Shown here: piece by piece, positions 41,892 through 52,713 of the stretch | Layout of the letters: the number at the start of each line of letters is the position of its first letter | How positions within the stretch are numbered: position 1 is the stretch's first letter | Origin: Faecousia sp. | GTDB taxonomy: Bacteria; Bacillota; Clostridia; Oscillospirales; Oscillospiraceae | Assembly: GCA_045635065.1 (NCBI GenBank) | Contig: JAZRBJ010000018.1 | Location: 676-64,675, forward strand | Direction of reading: 5' to 3' | Length of the DNA: 64,000 nt | Notes under the pieces: generated by a model | Told to the model about the DNA's origin: nothing | Seen by the model: the letters and a program-made list of their open reading frames with translations, nothing else | The model's database searches: none | Position numbers and translations under genes: made by a program

Positions 41892-42935
41892 ATGAAAGAC
41901 CAATTGGAGCAAATCAAACTGCAGGCGCTTGCCGCATTGGATGCTGCTTCCACCCCTGCCGAGCTGGAGGAATTGCGTGTTAAACTGCTGGGCAAAAAGG
42001 GCGAACTGACCGCTGTTTTGAAGCAGATGGGCAAGCTTGCACCCGAAGAGCGCCCTGTTATGGGTCAGCTGGCCAACTCTGTAAGAGCTGCCATTGAGGA
42101 AAAACTGGAAGCACGCAAGGTTCAGGTCAATGCTGCCGCGATGGAAATCAAGCTTGCCAATGAGTCCATCGATGTCACCATTCCGGGCAAGCGGGTTTCA
42201 TTGGGTCACGAGCATCCCATGAACAAGGTTTTGCAGGAAATTAAGGACATTTTTGTGGGCATGGGCTACCAGATTGTGGACGGACCGGAAGTAGAGCTTG
42301 CCTCTTATAACTTTACCCGTTTGAACATCGAAGAAGGTCACCCCTCCAGAGACAGAAGTGATACCTTCTATTTTACCGATGATGACACTGTTCTGCTTCG
42401 TACCCAAACCAGCCCCATGCAGATTCGTGTCATGGAAAATTCCCAGCCTCCCATTTGTATTCTTGCCCCCGGCCGTGTTTACCGTAAGGACGAGGCCGAT
42501 GCTACTCATTCCCCCATGTTCCATCAAATTGAAGGTCTGGTTGTGGATGAGCATATCACCATGGGTGACCTGAAGGGTGCATTGATCACCATTATGCACC
42601 GGATTTACGGTCATGATGCTCAGGTACGTTTCCGTCCTCACCACTTCCCCTTTACCGAGCCCAGTTGTGAGATGGATATGCAGTGCCACAAGTGTCATGG
42701 TACCGGTGAGGTTGACGGACAGGTTTGCTCTACCTGCCACGGAGAGGGCTGGATTGAGCTTCTGGGTGCCGGCATGGTACACCCCGAGGTGTTGCGAAAC
42801 TGCGGAATCGATCCCAATAAATACTCCGGCTTTGCATTTGGCATCGGTTTGGAGCGTACTGCCATGGGCCGTCTGAAGATCAACGACCTGGGTTTGATCT
42901 TCGATAACGATGTCCGATTCCTGAACCAGTTCTAA
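41892..42935 (+). CDS. pheS: Phenylalanyl-tRNA synthetase alpha subunit
   Basis: LLRTQTS, DATHSPMFHQIEG, FPFTEPS and GFAFGIGLER. Confidence 0.99.
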   Translation: MKDQLEQIKLQALAALDAASTPAELEELRVKLLGKKGELTAVLKQMGKLAPEERPVMGQLANSVRAAIEEKLEARKVQVNAAAMEIKLANESIDVTIPGKRVSLGHEHPMNKVLQEIKDIFVGMGYQIVDGPEVELASYNFTRLNIEEGHPSRDRSDTFYFTDDDTVLLRTQTSPMQIRVMENSQPPICILAPGRVYRKDEADATHSPMFHQIEGLVVDEHITMGDLKGALITIMHRIYGHDAQVRFRPHHFPFTEPSCEMDMQCHKCHGTGEVDGQVCSTCHGEGWIELLGAGMVHPEVLRNCGIDPNKYSGFAFGIGLERTAMGRLKINDLGLIFDNDVRFLNQF

Positions 42936-42947
42936 GGAGGTTCTCAC

Positions 42948-45335
42948 ATGAAGCTGAACAGAAAATGGATCAATGAAGAATTTGTAGATCTTTCCCATGT
43001 CTCTGACAAAGAATATGTGGACACTTTGACCATCTTTGGTCAGAAAGTGGAAACCTATGAGCGCATGGACGAGCAGATTAAAAATGTGGTTGTTGGCAAG
43101 GTTGTATCCATTGTCCGTCATGAAAATTCCGACCACATGTGGGTCTGCCAGGTGGATGTTGGACAGGATGAGCCTGTACAAATCGTAACCGGCGCGCAAA
43201 ATGTTAACCAAGGTGATTTGGTTCCTGCAGCGCTGCACAATTCCTGGCTGCCCGGGGGAATCCACATTACAAAGGGTAAGCTCAGAGGTGAGAAATCCAA
43301 TGGTATGCTCTGCTCCTTTGCTGAGCTGGGCCTTACCCAAAATGACCTGCCCGACGCTTATGCAGACGGCATTTGGATTCTTAACGAGGAAGATTGCAAG
43401 CCCGGCGATGACATAAATCTGGTAATTGGTAACGATGATACCGTTGTGGATTTTGAAATCACCAACAATCGTCCTGACTGCTACTCCATTATCGGTCTGG
43501 CAAGAGAATCCGCTGCCGCTTTTAAGTTGCCTATGAAACACCACGAGCCTGTTGTAAAAGGAAGCGACGCCGGCTCCATGTATGACAAGCTGGATGTAGA
43601 AGTTACAGCCGATGATCTTTGCAACCGTTACAGCGCCAGAATGGTGGCAAATGTTAAAATTGCTCCCTCTCCCAAGTGGATGCGTCAGCGTCTGCGTGCC
43701 AACGGAATTCGCCCCATTAACAACATTGTAGATATTACCAACTATGTTATGTTGGAATACGGTCAACCCATGCACGCATTTGACTACCGCTATGTCGGCT
43801 CCGGCAAAATCGTTGTTCGTGAAAGCCTGGAGGGTGAAACCCTTACTACCCTTGATGGCACTGTACGGGCGCTGACTCCCGGTATGCTGGTGATCGCAGA
43901 CGAAGAAAAGCCCATTGGCCTTGCCGGTATCATGGGCGGCGAAAACTCTGAAATTCAGAATGATACCACAACCGTAGTGTTTGAATCCGCTAACTTCAAC
44001 GGAACATCCATCCGTCAAACTGCTCTGGCTCTGGGTATGCGTACCGAATCCTCCGGAAAGTTTGAAAAGAATCTGGACCCCATGCTTACTGTTCCTGCTG
44101 TACAGCGAGCCTGTGAGCTTGTAGAGCTGCTTCAGTGCGGTGATGTTCTGGACGGCACCATCGATATAGTGAACTATGTTCCTGCCCCCAGAAAGGTCAC
44201 CCTCGAACCCGAAAAGATCAATGCTCTGCTTGGTACAAATATCAGTCGCGAAGATATGATTGCATATCTGAATTATCTGGAAATTCCTGTGGAAGGTGAC
44301 GAAATCCTCGTACCCTCCTGGCGTCCTGACCTGAATCACATGGCGGACATTGCAGAAGAAGTGGGTCGTTCCTACGGCTATAACGAAATTCCCACCACCG
44401 CTTTCCACACCTCCACTCAGGGCGGTTATACCCCTGTAATGAAGCTGGAAACCAAAGCAGGAACACTCTGTCGCGCGCTGGGCTTTAGTGAAATTATCAC
44501 CTATTCCTTTGTATCCCCCGAGATTTTTGATAAAATCCGTCTGGATGCCAACTCTCCCCTTCGCAACACGCTGAAAATCCAGAATCCTCTGGGTGAGGAT
44601 ACATCCATCATGCGCACCATTGCCTTGCCCTCCATGCTGGATATTCTTTCCCGAAACAATGCCTACCAGAATAAGTCCGTCAAGCTGTATGAGCTTGCTA
44701 AGATTTATCTGCCCAAGAAGGGTCAGGCATTACCAGAAGAACCCAAGATGCTGGTTCTGGGCACCTACGGCGCCAACGAAGATTTCTTCTCTCTAAAGGG
44801 CGAACTGGAAGCAATTTTTGAGGGACTTCACCTGCCCAGAGCAAGCTATCAGGCAGTCAGCCAGAATCCCAGCTATCATCCCGGCCGTTGCGCCAAGGTA
44901 ACCATGAGTGGTATGGATGTAGGCTACATCGGTCAGGTGCATCCTCTGGTTTGCCAGAATTACGACATGGATGCAGAAGTGTACTGCGCCGAAATCGATT
45001 TCAGCAAGCTGGTTTCCCTGCAGCTGCCGGAAGCTACCTATGTTCCCCTGCCCAAATATCCCACCGTTACCCGGGATCTGGCGTTGATCTGCGACGAACG
45101 CATTACTGTTGCCGAAGCAGAAACTGTAATTGTAGAATCCGCCGGTAAGCTGCTGCGTGATATTCGTTTGTTTGATATTTACCGAGGTACCGGTGTGCCC
45201 GAGGGAAAGAAGAGTCTGGCATTCTCCCTGTCTCTGCGCGCTGATGACCGCACCCTGACAGATGCAGACTCGGAAGCTGTCGTATCCAAGGTTTTAACCG
45301 CTCTAAAGGAGAAATTGGGCGCAATCCTCAGATAA
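42948..45335 (+). CDS. pheT: Phenylalanyl-tRNA synthetase beta subunit
   Basis: tRNA-binding domain, ITNNRPD, B3/4, B5 and FDX-ACB (RDLA..FDIY). Confidence 0.99.
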   Translation: MKLNRKWINEEFVDLSHVSDKEYVDTLTIFGQKVETYERMDEQIKNVVVGKVVSIVRHENSDHMWVCQVDVGQDEPVQIVTGAQNVNQGDLVPAALHNSWLPGGIHITKGKLRGEKSNGMLCSFAELGLTQNDLPDAYADGIWILNEEDCKPGDDINLVIGNDDTVVDFEITNNRPDCYSIIGLARESAAAFKLPMKHHEPVVKGSDAGSMYDKLDVEVTADDLCNRYSARMVANVKIAPSPKWMRQRLRANGIRPINNIVDITNYVMLEYGQPMHAFDYRYVGSGKIVVRESLEGETLTTLDGTVRALTPGMLVIADEEKPIGLAGIMGGENSEIQNDTTTVVFESANFNGTSIRQTALALGMRTESSGKFEKNLDPMLTVPAVQRACELVELLQCGDVLDGTIDIVNYVPAPRKVTLEPEKINALLGTNISREDMIAYLNYLEIPVEGDEILVPSWRPDLNHMADIAEEVGRSYGYNEIPTTAFHTSTQGGYTPVMKLETKAGTLCRALGFSEIITYSFVSPEIFDKIRLDANSPLRNTLKIQNPLGEDTSIMRTIALPSMLDILSRNNAYQNKSVKLYELAKIYLPKKGQALPEEPKMLVLGTYGANEDFFSLKGELEAIFEGLHLPRASYQAVSQNPSYHPGRCAKVTMSGMDVGYIGQVHPLVCQNYDMDAEVYCAEIDFSKLVSLQLPEATYVPLPKYPTVTRDLALICDERITVAEAETVIVESAGKLLRDIRLFDIYRGTGVPEGKKSLAFSLSLRADDRTLTDADSEAVVSKVLTALKEKLGAILR

Positions 45336-45420
45336 AATTTTAAAAAATTTGAAAACAGGTCTTTACACGAACAAATTTTTCGGTTATAATCATATAACAT
45401 TTGAAAGGAGGGTCGATCCA

Positions 45421-45693
45421 ATGTCAGAAAATCAGAAAAACATCGGAAAAAATACCATTAAATTTACCGTTCCCAGTGATGATAAGGAAAATATGCGCCG
45501 AATTCTGCGTACTGTGTTCGACGCTCTGAACGAAAAGGGTTACAACCCCATTAACCAGATTGTAGGCTATCTGCTCACCGAAGATCCCACTTATATCACA
45601 AATTACAACAATGCTCGCAGCATGATTTGTAAGTTGGACCGCGACGAGCTGATGCAGGCTCTGGTTCGTTGCTACCTGTTTGACAATGTCTGA
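45421..45693 (+). CDS. ireB: IreB/UPF0297 regulatory phosphoprotein
   Basis: [26 protein letters not shown]; RBS GGAGG. Confidence 0.92.
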   Translation: MSENQKNIGKNTIKFTVPSDDKENMRRILRTVFDALNEKGYNPINQIVGYLLTEDPTYITNYNNARSMICKLDRDELMQALVRCYLFDNV

Positions 45694-45699
45694 TCTTAT

Positions 45700-45722
45700 C
45701 GGGGGCTTGCAAAAGCCCCCGC
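45700..45722 (+). terminator. Hairpin after ireB
   Basis: CGGGGGCTT-gcaa-AAGCCCCCG; weak U-tract. Confidence 0.5.
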
Positions 45723-45745
45723 ATCAATTTTAAGGAGGCTAAACC

Positions 45746-46036
45746 ATGGCTGAAGAAGCAAAGGTTTTAACATACAAGGGTCATCCACTCATGCGTAAGG
45801 ATAATCTCATTTATTACGGTTCCATGGCAGATTCCCACATCGTCATGCTGCAAATCCTGGAGACCAAAAAGGTTGGAGATGTTGATATTGCCACCAAGGT
45901 CTCCGTTCAGTTACAGTTGACCGATCCTGCTGCAAAGAGCAGAGACCGTGTGGTTAAAAAAGGTGAAAAAGCCGGTCTTTACACCGCGCTGGACTTTGGC
46001 TGCGTATGGCTGGAAAGAGCCCTTGCAGGTAAATAA
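45746..46036 (+). CDS. Hypothetical protein (96 aa)
   Basis: Strong AAGGAGG RBS, codon usage like the highly expressed genes, own terminator. Confidence 0.85.
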   Translation: MAEEAKVLTYKGHPLMRKDNLIYYGSMADSHIVMLQILETKKVGDVDIATKVSVQLQLTDPAAKSRDRVVKKGEKAGLYTALDFGCVWLERALAGK

Positions 46037-46046
46037 TTCAGATTGG

Positions 46047-46077
46047 ACTGCCGTAAATGATACGGCAGTCTTTTTTG
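46047..46077 (+). terminator. Intrinsic terminator
   Basis: GACTGCCGTA..TACGGCAGTC-TTTTTT. Confidence 0.85.
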
Positions 46078-46165
46078 CATATACTGTGCTTATGCGAATA
46101 AAATTATATGTTGAATTTCATTGGATTTTCGGGTATAATCGAAGAAAAAAGAAAGGGTGAAGAAC

Positions 46166-47632
46166 ATGACAGACAATCACGATGAATACAGATTCACTCC
46201 ACCACCCCGCCGCAAAAAGCAGATTCCCAGATGGAAGCTGCTTCTGCGCAAGTATTGGCCTACTATCCGTTTTGGATTAATTGTTCTGCTGTTAATTGCA
46301 GTAATCGTAGTGGGTATTGTAGCCATTACATCCGGTCGACGCTTAAAAAATAACGGAGCTGATGAAACCAAAGCAGTAGAAACCACCCAGGAAACTGTTT
46401 CCCAGAAAGAAATTCTTGCACAGGCTCAGGAATTGATCATACAAGCCGATTTTATTACAGCAGGCTATGATTATGAAAAGGCAATCACCTTGCTTGAAGA
46501 ATTTGAGCATTTTGATGCGGTGCCGGAATTGGCTCAGAAGGTTGCCGCTTACCGGGAGGCAGAAAGCAAGCTGGTCCCCTATGCAAACATGGCAAATGTG
46601 ACTCATATTTTCTTGCACTCTCTGATTGTAGATCCCTCCAGAGCCTTTGACGGCGAATATACTCAGGCCGGTTACAACCAATACATGACCACCTGCGATG
46701 AGTTTGTTGCCATTCTGGAGGAAATGTATAACCGCGGTTATGTGCTGGTAACTCCCTACCAGGTTGCAGAGGAATACACTGATTCCACCGGCACACACTT
46801 CCGTTACTGCGATCTTCGTTTACCAGAGGGTAAAATCCCCTTCATTATGAGCCAGGACGATTTAAACTATTATGGCTATATGGTAGGCGGCGCCAGCGGT
46901 GTGGACGAAACACCCATCTTTGCCAATACAAAGGGCGACGGATTTGCTCATAAGATTGTGATTGACGAAAACGGCTATCCCACCTGTGAGTATATGGACA
47001 AGAACGGTAATGTTACCACCGGTGACTATGATTTGGTTCCCCTTCTGGAAAAATTCATTCAGGAGCATCCGGATTTTGCCTATAAGGGCGCCCGTGCCGT
47101 TCTGGGAATGACCGGCTATGAAGGTGTGTTTGGCTACCGTACCAAGCCTTCCTATGAAGCTGCCATGGGCACTGCTAAATATCAGCAGGAAGTAGAGGAA
47201 GCCAAGAAGGTTGCCCAGTGCCTGCGTGATCATGGTTGGGTGCTGGCAAGTCACTCCTACGGTCACCCCGCTTACGGCAATATTCCTGCCGCCAATGTAG
47301 AGCGAGATTCCGACAAATGGGAAAATACCGTACAGCCCATTATCGGCAATTGTGATGTGATCCTCTACCCCCACGGCTCCGATATTGCCGGCGGAGAAAA
47401 GTACACCTTTGACAATGCAAAATTTAAGGCCTTGTATGAAGATGGCTACCGCTACTTCTTCAATGTGGACAGCAATAAATATTGGAGTCAGCTGGGTGAC
47501 AATTATTACCGTGGCGGACGCAGAAACCTTGACGGTTACCGCATGTGGTACCATCCTCATAAGCTGGATGACCTGTTTGATGTTTCCAAGGTCTTTGACC
47601 CGGCTCGTCCCACACCCGTTCCCTCTATTTAA
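46166..47632 (+). CDS. Membrane-anchored polysaccharide deacetylase-family protein
   Basis: Basic N-terminus plus TM; HIFLHSL, SQDD, ASHSYGH and LYPHG, resembling CE4 motifs. Confidence 0.8.
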   Translation: MTDNHDEYRFTPPPRRKKQIPRWKLLLRKYWPTIRFGLIVLLLIAVIVVGIVAITSGRRLKNNGADETKAVETTQETVSQKEILAQAQELIIQADFITAGYDYEKAITLLEEFEHFDAVPELAQKVAAYREAESKLVPYANMANVTHIFLHSLIVDPSRAFDGEYTQAGYNQYMTTCDEFVAILEEMYNRGYVLVTPYQVAEEYTDSTGTHFRYCDLRLPEGKIPFIMSQDDLNYYGYMVGGASGVDETPIFANTKGDGFAHKIVIDENGYPTCEYMDKNGNVTTGDYDLVPLLEKFIQEHPDFAYKGARAVLGMTGYEGVFGYRTKPSYEAAMGTAKYQQEVEEAKKVAQCLRDHGWVLASHSYGHPAYGNIPAANVERDSDKWENTVQPIIGNCDVILYPHGSDIAGGEKYTFDNAKFKALYEDGYRYFFNVDSNKYWSQLGDNYYRGGRRNLDGYRMWYHPHKLDDLFDVSKVFDPARPTPVPSI

Positions 47633-47636
47633 TTCT

Positions 47637-47668
47637 AAGAACCCGGTTCTTTTGAATCGGGTTCTTTT
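47637..47668. terminator. Bidirectional terminator
   Basis: AAGAACCCGGTTC..GAATCGGGTTCTTTT. Confidence 0.85.
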
Positions 47669-48597
47669 CAATGAATATATTGCTTAATAAATCGGCATAC
47701 CTCTTTTTCATAACGCACCGTATCCGTATGATAGCTGATACCGTGACCTGCCAGTGGAACTGTAACGATTCTTTTATCAGAATTACAATGACTGTAAATT
47801 TCTTTGGACATATCACAGGGTACAAACCAATCCGCTTCTCCGTGAATCAGCAAAACCGGCAGCTTTGTATTTTCCACAGCCTTAACCGCGCTGCTTTCCC
47901 ATAATCTGAATTTTCCAAATAACAATGCGCTCATAACCACAAAGGGATATAGCAATCTGTCGGGTAGTTTTCCCATCTTGCATACCTTTCGGATGATCTT
48001 TTCCGGTGAAGAAAAAGGGCAGTCTGCAATTATGCAGCATACATTGGAAGGCAGTTTTAAATCGGAAGCCATCAATATTGTCGCAGCGCCCATGGAAACA
48101 CCGGACAAAACAATATTGACATCCGGGCCAAATCTGGAAACGGCATACTCAGTCCATGCTTTACAATCAAATCGTTCCTTGATCCCAAAGGTAATGGTAT
48201 GACCTTGACTCAGGCCGTGACCTCGCTGATCCACCACCAGAGCATTATAGCCTTCCTTCAGCACCATCTCGCTGCAGGCTGAAAAATCTCTGACCGCGCA
48301 ACCGCGATAGCCATGAAAATGTATGATTAAAGGCGCGTCAAAGGACTCATGATAGTATCTGGCGGCAAGTCGAAGGCCATCGTGAGATTGAATAAATACC
48401 TGCTCATAGGCTCTTTTTTCCAAGTCCTCCACCTGCTTACGCATCATATCTGCCACAGCTTCATACTGCTTGCCCGGGGGAATCGCATAAATATCCTGCG
48501 GGACTGTGTTTTTGCTGAAAAATGTGATGCGGTAAACAAAAAATGAAGAACAAAAAAATCCAGCAATGAGAAAAACTGCAATGATGATTCCTATCAT
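47668..48597 (-). CDS. Alpha/beta hydrolase with N-terminal anchor
   Basis: HGY, DQRGHG, GVSMG nucleophile elbow, HGEAD and AGHG; ATG 48597 with GGAGG. Confidence 0.92.
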   Translation of the reverse strand: MIGIIIAVFLIAGFFCSSFFVYRITFFSKNTVPQDIYAIPPGKQYEAVADMMRKQVEDLEKRAYEQVFIQSHDGLRLAARYYHESFDAPLIIHFHGYRGCAVRDFSACSEMVLKEGYNALVVDQRGHGLSQGHTITFGIKERFDCKAWTEYAVSRFGPDVNIVLSGVSMGAATILMASDLKLPSNVCCIIADCPFSSPEKIIRKVCKMGKLPDRLLYPFVVMSALLFGKFRLWESSAVKAVENTKLPVLLIHGEADWFVPCDMSKEIYSHCNSDKRIVTVPLAGHGISYHTDTVRYEKEVCRFIKQYIH

Positions 48598-48672
48598 GAT
48601 ATCCTCCCAAATGATCACACTATGTACATACCTTTCATATATCCCTTTTATCAATATGCTGGAGGAAATAAT

Positions 48673-49662
48673 ATGTGTACTGCACTTACCTTTGATGCAA
48701 ATTCCTTTTTCTTTGGACGAAATCTGGACCTGGAATACAGTTATGATTATAAGATTGTAATTACACCCAGAAACTACCCCTTCCGGTTTCGAAACGGTGT
48801 TACCATGGCAGCGCATCATGCCTTGATTGGAATGGCGGCAATCTCAGAGGATTATCCGCTATACTTTGAAGCCACAAACGAAAGGGGCTTAAGCCTAGCA
48901 GGATTGAATTTTCCCAAAAATGCAAAATATTTTCCCAAGGATCAAAGCAAAATCAATGTAGCGCCCTTTGAATTGATACCATGGGTGCTTGGTAAATACG
49001 CAAGTGTGAATGAGTTTTTGGAATATTTTAAACATTTTAACATCTGGGAGGAAAACTTCAGTGAAGATTTTCCTCTGTCCCCTCTTCATTGGCTTTTAGC
49101 AGACAAAAATCGTTGCATTACCTTGGAATCCACAAAGGACGGCTTAAAATATTACGAAAACCCTATGGGTATTCTTACCAACAATCCCCCTTTTGATTAC
49201 CAAATGACCCATTTATCCGGATTTTTAAATATTACAGCAGAGTATCCAACCAATCGTTTTTCCAATTATACGAATTTTATACCTTTTAGCCTTGGTATGG
49301 GTGCAATGGGTCTTCCGGGAGATCCCTCTTCTCCATCCAGATTTGTCCGGGGCGCATTTGTAAAAATGAATTCCCCTAAGGAGGAATCAGATCAGTCGTT
49401 AGTAACCCAGTTTTTTCATATTCTGGGTTCAGTGGCGCAACAAAAAGGTATTACCAAAACCCCTGCAGGACCCGTGGAATATACTCAGTATTCCAGCTGT
49501 TGCAACACAAAAACCGGTGTTTATTATTACACCACCTATGAAAACAGCAGAATTAGCGCCGTGAATATGCATCTGGAGAATTTAAACGGGAAGTGTTTAA
49601 TGGAATATCCGCCCATTATCAAGCAAGACATATACTTCCAAAACAAAAAAGCTGAGGGATAA
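48673..49662 (+). CDS. bsh: Choloylglycine hydrolase family (bile salt hydrolase / penicillin V acylase)
   Basis: N-terminal MCTA (Cys2 nucleophile), GRNLD, NERGL, LTNNP and LPGD..S.SRF. Confidence 0.85.
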   Translation: MCTALTFDANSFFFGRNLDLEYSYDYKIVITPRNYPFRFRNGVTMAAHHALIGMAAISEDYPLYFEATNERGLSLAGLNFPKNAKYFPKDQSKINVAPFELIPWVLGKYASVNEFLEYFKHFNIWEENFSEDFPLSPLHWLLADKNRCITLESTKDGLKYYENPMGILTNNPPFDYQMTHLSGFLNITAEYPTNRFSNYTNFIPFSLGMGAMGLPGDPSSPSRFVRGAFVKMNSPKEESDQSLVTQFFHILGSVAQQKGITKTPAGPVEYTQYSSCCNTKTGVYYYTTYENSRISAVNMHLENLNGKCLMEYPPIIKQDIYFQNKKAEG

Positions 49663-49675
49663 CCCTCAGCTTTTT
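49645..49675. terminator. Bidirectional terminator
   Basis: AAAAAGCTGAGGG-ataa-CCCTCAGCTTTTT. Confidence 0.85.
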
Positions 49676-49678
49676 GTA

Positions 49679-50788
49679 TTACAGAAGCTTCATAATAGCA
49701 TCTGCATAAGCAGCGCCTGTGCTGCCTGTGCGATCACCCGTCACCTTAACTTTGCAGGTATTCAACGCATTTTCCAGCTTTTCCGCTTCCTCAGCGCAGC
49801 AAATATGCCGCAACAGCATTGCCTCAGCCTTCAGAATACTTGCAGGATTAGCGTAGTCTGCAAGACCTTCTTCAATCATTCTGGGCGCAGAACCGTGTAT
49901 TGCTTCAAACATGGCGTAACGGTTACCGATATTGGCGCTGCCGGCTGTACCAACGCCGCCCTGGATCTGGGCTGCCTCGTCTGTAATAATATCGCCATAT
50001 AGATTCGGCAGAACAAATACCTGGAACTGGTTACGGATAACGGGATTAACCAGATTGGCAGTCATAATATCAATATACCAATCATCTGCGGCAATCCCGG
50101 GATATTCTTCTGCGACCTTATGACAAATAGCTGTGAACTTACCGTCGGTCTTCTTCATAATGTTTGCCTTGGTCACAATGGAAACTCTGGTTTTTCCGTT
50201 GTTTTTGGCATAATCAAATGCCGCCCGGGCAATTCTCTCGGTGCCAAGGTCTGTGGTAACCTTGAAATCCACTGCCATGCCGGGTAATTCCACACCGCGG
50301 CTGCCCAAAACATATTCACCCTCCGTATTTTCACGGTAGAAGATCCAATCAATACCTTCTTCAGGAATTACAACAGGCCGGACATTGGCATACAAGTCCA
50401 GTTCCCGGCGTAGAGTCACATTGGCGCTTTCCATTTTTCCGCCCATCGGCGTGGTGGTAGGTCCTTTCAGCAGTACATCACAGGTTTTAATTTCTGCCAG
50501 AACATCCTCGGGAACAGGCTTGCCAAGGGCAAGTCGGTTTTCAATGGTCAGACCCTTTATGGGCTTAATAACGATTTTGCCGCTATCGATCTTATCCTTC
50601 AGCAAATGATTCAACACCCTGACAGCATGCTCCATAATGATAGGGCCAATTCCGTCACCGTCAACAATGCCGATTGTGATTTGCTCTTTAGCGGTAAAAT
50701 CCACTTTTTCAGAGGACATATTTTCGATACGCGCTGTTTGCTCCTCCAGAAGTTTTTTAAACTGCTCGCATGCAAGTGCAATATCCAT
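49679..50788 (-). CDS. icd: Isocitrate dehydrogenase (isocitrate/isopropylmalate dehydrogenase family)
   Basis: GDGIGP, KGPTTTP, RENTEGEY, NLYGDI and FEAIHGSAP; same operon as aconitase. Confidence 0.85.
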   Translation of the reverse strand: MDIALACEQFKKLLEEQTARIENMSSEKVDFTAKEQITIGIVDGDGIGPIIMEHAVRVLNHLLKDKIDSGKIVIKPIKGLTIENRLALGKPVPEDVLAEIKTCDVLLKGPTTTPMGGKMESANVTLRRELDLYANVRPVVIPEEGIDWIFYRENTEGEYVLGSRGVELPGMAVDFKVTTDLGTERIARAAFDYAKNNGKTRVSIVTKANIMKKTDGKFTAICHKVAEEYPGIAADDWYIDIMTANLVNPVIRNQFQVFVLPNLYGDIITDEAAQIQGGVGTAGSANIGNRYAMFEAIHGSAPRMIEEGLADYANPASILKAEAMLLRHICCAEEAEKLENALNTCKVKVTGDRTGSTGAAYADAIMKLL

Positions 50789-52713
50789 TATGTATGATTC
50801 TCCTTTGTATAGTTCAGCAAACCGCCGCATTTCAGAATTTCTCTCTGGCGCTGGGTTAGGTCACACAGCAATGTAATCTTTTTACCGGAGGGATTCACGG
50901 TTGCTGTAACCGCACCCTTTTCCATACCACTCCAGATTGCTTCCAAAGTAAGGATTTGACCCTGCTGAAGGCTGTCATAATCCTCTGCACAGGCAAAGGT
51001 CAGAGGCAGAATGCCTGCATTGATCAAATTTGCTACATGGATTCTGGCAAAGCTCTTGGCAATCACGCAGCGAATACCAAGATACATGGGCACCAATGCC
51101 GCATGTTCACGGGAAGAACCTTGGCCATAGTTGCTGCCACCAATTACGATACCATCACCTGCCGCCTTTGCTCTTTCCGGGAACGCCTGATCGCAAACAC
51201 CAAAGCAGAACTGGGACAGGAAAGGAATATTGGATCGGTAAGGCAAAATCTTTGCGCCGGCAGGCATAATATGGTCGGTGGTAATATTATCCCCTACCTT
51301 CAAAACCAACTCAGCGGTAAGGCTGTCGTCCATGGGTTTACACTTGGGGAATTCCTTAATGTTGGGACCGCGAAGCACTTCAACATTAGCGCCGTCAGCC
51401 GCAGGTGCCAGCACACCCGAATCATCAATCTTAAAGGAATCAGGCATGGAAACCCCAGGCATTTCACCCAAAAGCATGGGGTCGGTAATCTCCCCTGTGA
51501 GAGCCGCAGCAACCGCGGTTTCCGGAGACACCAGATAAACCTGGGCATCCTTGGTTCCGCTTCTGCCAAGAAAATTCCGGTTAAAGGTACGCAAACTGAC
51601 ACCGGAAGAATTGGGAGAGAAGCCCATACCGATACAAGGTCCGCAGGCACATTCCAGCACTCTTGCGCCACTTGCCAGAATATCGCTGAGTGCGCCGCAA
51701 TCTGCCAGCATGGTCAGCACCTGGCGGGAGCCGGGAGAAACAGAAAGGCTGACATTAGGCGATACGGTTTTACCCTTTAAAAGCGCAGCGACCTTTAACA
51801 AATCCTGCAAGGAAGAATTGGTACAGGAACCGATACATACCTGATCCACCTTTGTTCCCTTAAGAGATTCCACCGTAACCACATTGTCCGGGCTGTGAGG
51901 ACGAGCGATCATGGGTTTTAAGGTAGTAAGGTCAATGGCTATCACTCGGTCATACTGAGCATCGGGATCACTGGTAAGAGGTGTATAATCCGCCTCTCTT
52001 CCCTGGGCAGCCAGAAATGCTCTGGTTACTTCATCGGATGGGAAAATGGAGGTAGTTGCGCCCAATTCCGTACCCATATTAGTAATGGTGGCACGCTCGG
52101 GGACACTCAATGAGGCAACACCGGGGCCTCCCCATTCAATAATAGCGCCCACACCGCCCTTAACAGAAAGAATACGCAGAATTTCCAGACTCACATCCTT
52201 TGCGGTTACAAAGGGTCTGAGCTTGCCCGTCAGCTCTACCTTGAACATCTTAGGCATGGTAATATAATATGCGCCGCCGCCCATAGCCACAGCCACATCC
52301 AGACCGCCCGCGCCAAAGGCCAGCATGCCGATGCCACCGCCGGTGGGTGTATGGCTGTCAGAACCAATCAAGGTTTTACCGGGCTTACCAAACCGCTCCA
52401 AATGTACCTGGTGGCAAATACCGTTACCGGGGCGTGAGAAATATACACCGTGCTTCGCAGCAACGGTTTGAAGATATCTGTGGTCATCTGCATTCTCAAA
52501 ACCGGATTGCAAGGTATTATGGTCTACATAGGCAACACTCAATTCCGTGCGCACTCTGGGAATTCCCATGGTTTCAAATTCCAGATATGCCATGGTGCCT
52601 GTTGCGTCCTGGGTTAAGGTCTGGTCAATACGAAGCGCAATCTCATTTCCCGGAATCATTTCACCGGAAACAAGATGATCGGCAATAATTTTTTGTGCAA
52701 TGGTCTTACCCAT
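50788..52713 (-). CDS. acn: Aconitate hydratase
   Basis: DSHT, IGSCTN, CGPCIG and GSSREHA. Confidence 0.93.
   Translation of the reverse strand: MGKTIAQKIIADHLVSGEMIPGNEIALRIDQTLTQDATGTMAYLEFETMGIPRVRTELSVAYVDHNTLQSGFENADDHRYLQTVAAKHGVYFSRPGNGICHQVHLERFGKPGKTLIGSDSHTPTGGGIGMLAFGAGGLDVAVAMGGGAYYITMPKMFKVELTGKLRPFVTAKDVSLEILRILSVKGGVGAIIEWGGPGVASLSVPERATITNMGTELGATTSIFPSDEVTRAFLAAQGREADYTPLTSDPDAQYDRVIAIDLTTLKPMIARPHSPDNVVTVESLKGTKVDQVCIGSCTNSSLQDLLKVAALLKGKTVSPNVSLSVSPGSRQVLTMLADCGALSDILASGARVLECACGPCIGMGFSPNSSGVSLRTFNRNFLGRSGTKDAQVYLVSPETAVAAALTGEITDPMLLGEMPGVSMPDSFKIDDSGVLAPAADGANVEVLRGPNIKEFPKCKPMDDSLTAELVLKVGDNITTDHIMPAGAKILPYRSNIPFLSQFCFGVCDQAFPERAKAAGDGIVIGGSNYGQGSSREHAALVPMYLGIRCVIAKSFARIHVANLINAGILPLTFACAEDYDSLQQGQILTLEAIWSGMEKGAVTATVNPSGKKITLLCDLTQRQREILKCGGLLNYTKENHT

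Noticed and set aside
42198-44408. 736-aa antisense ORF over pheS/pheT
   Set aside because: Shadow frame of strongly codon-biased genes; no RBS or recognisable motifs.
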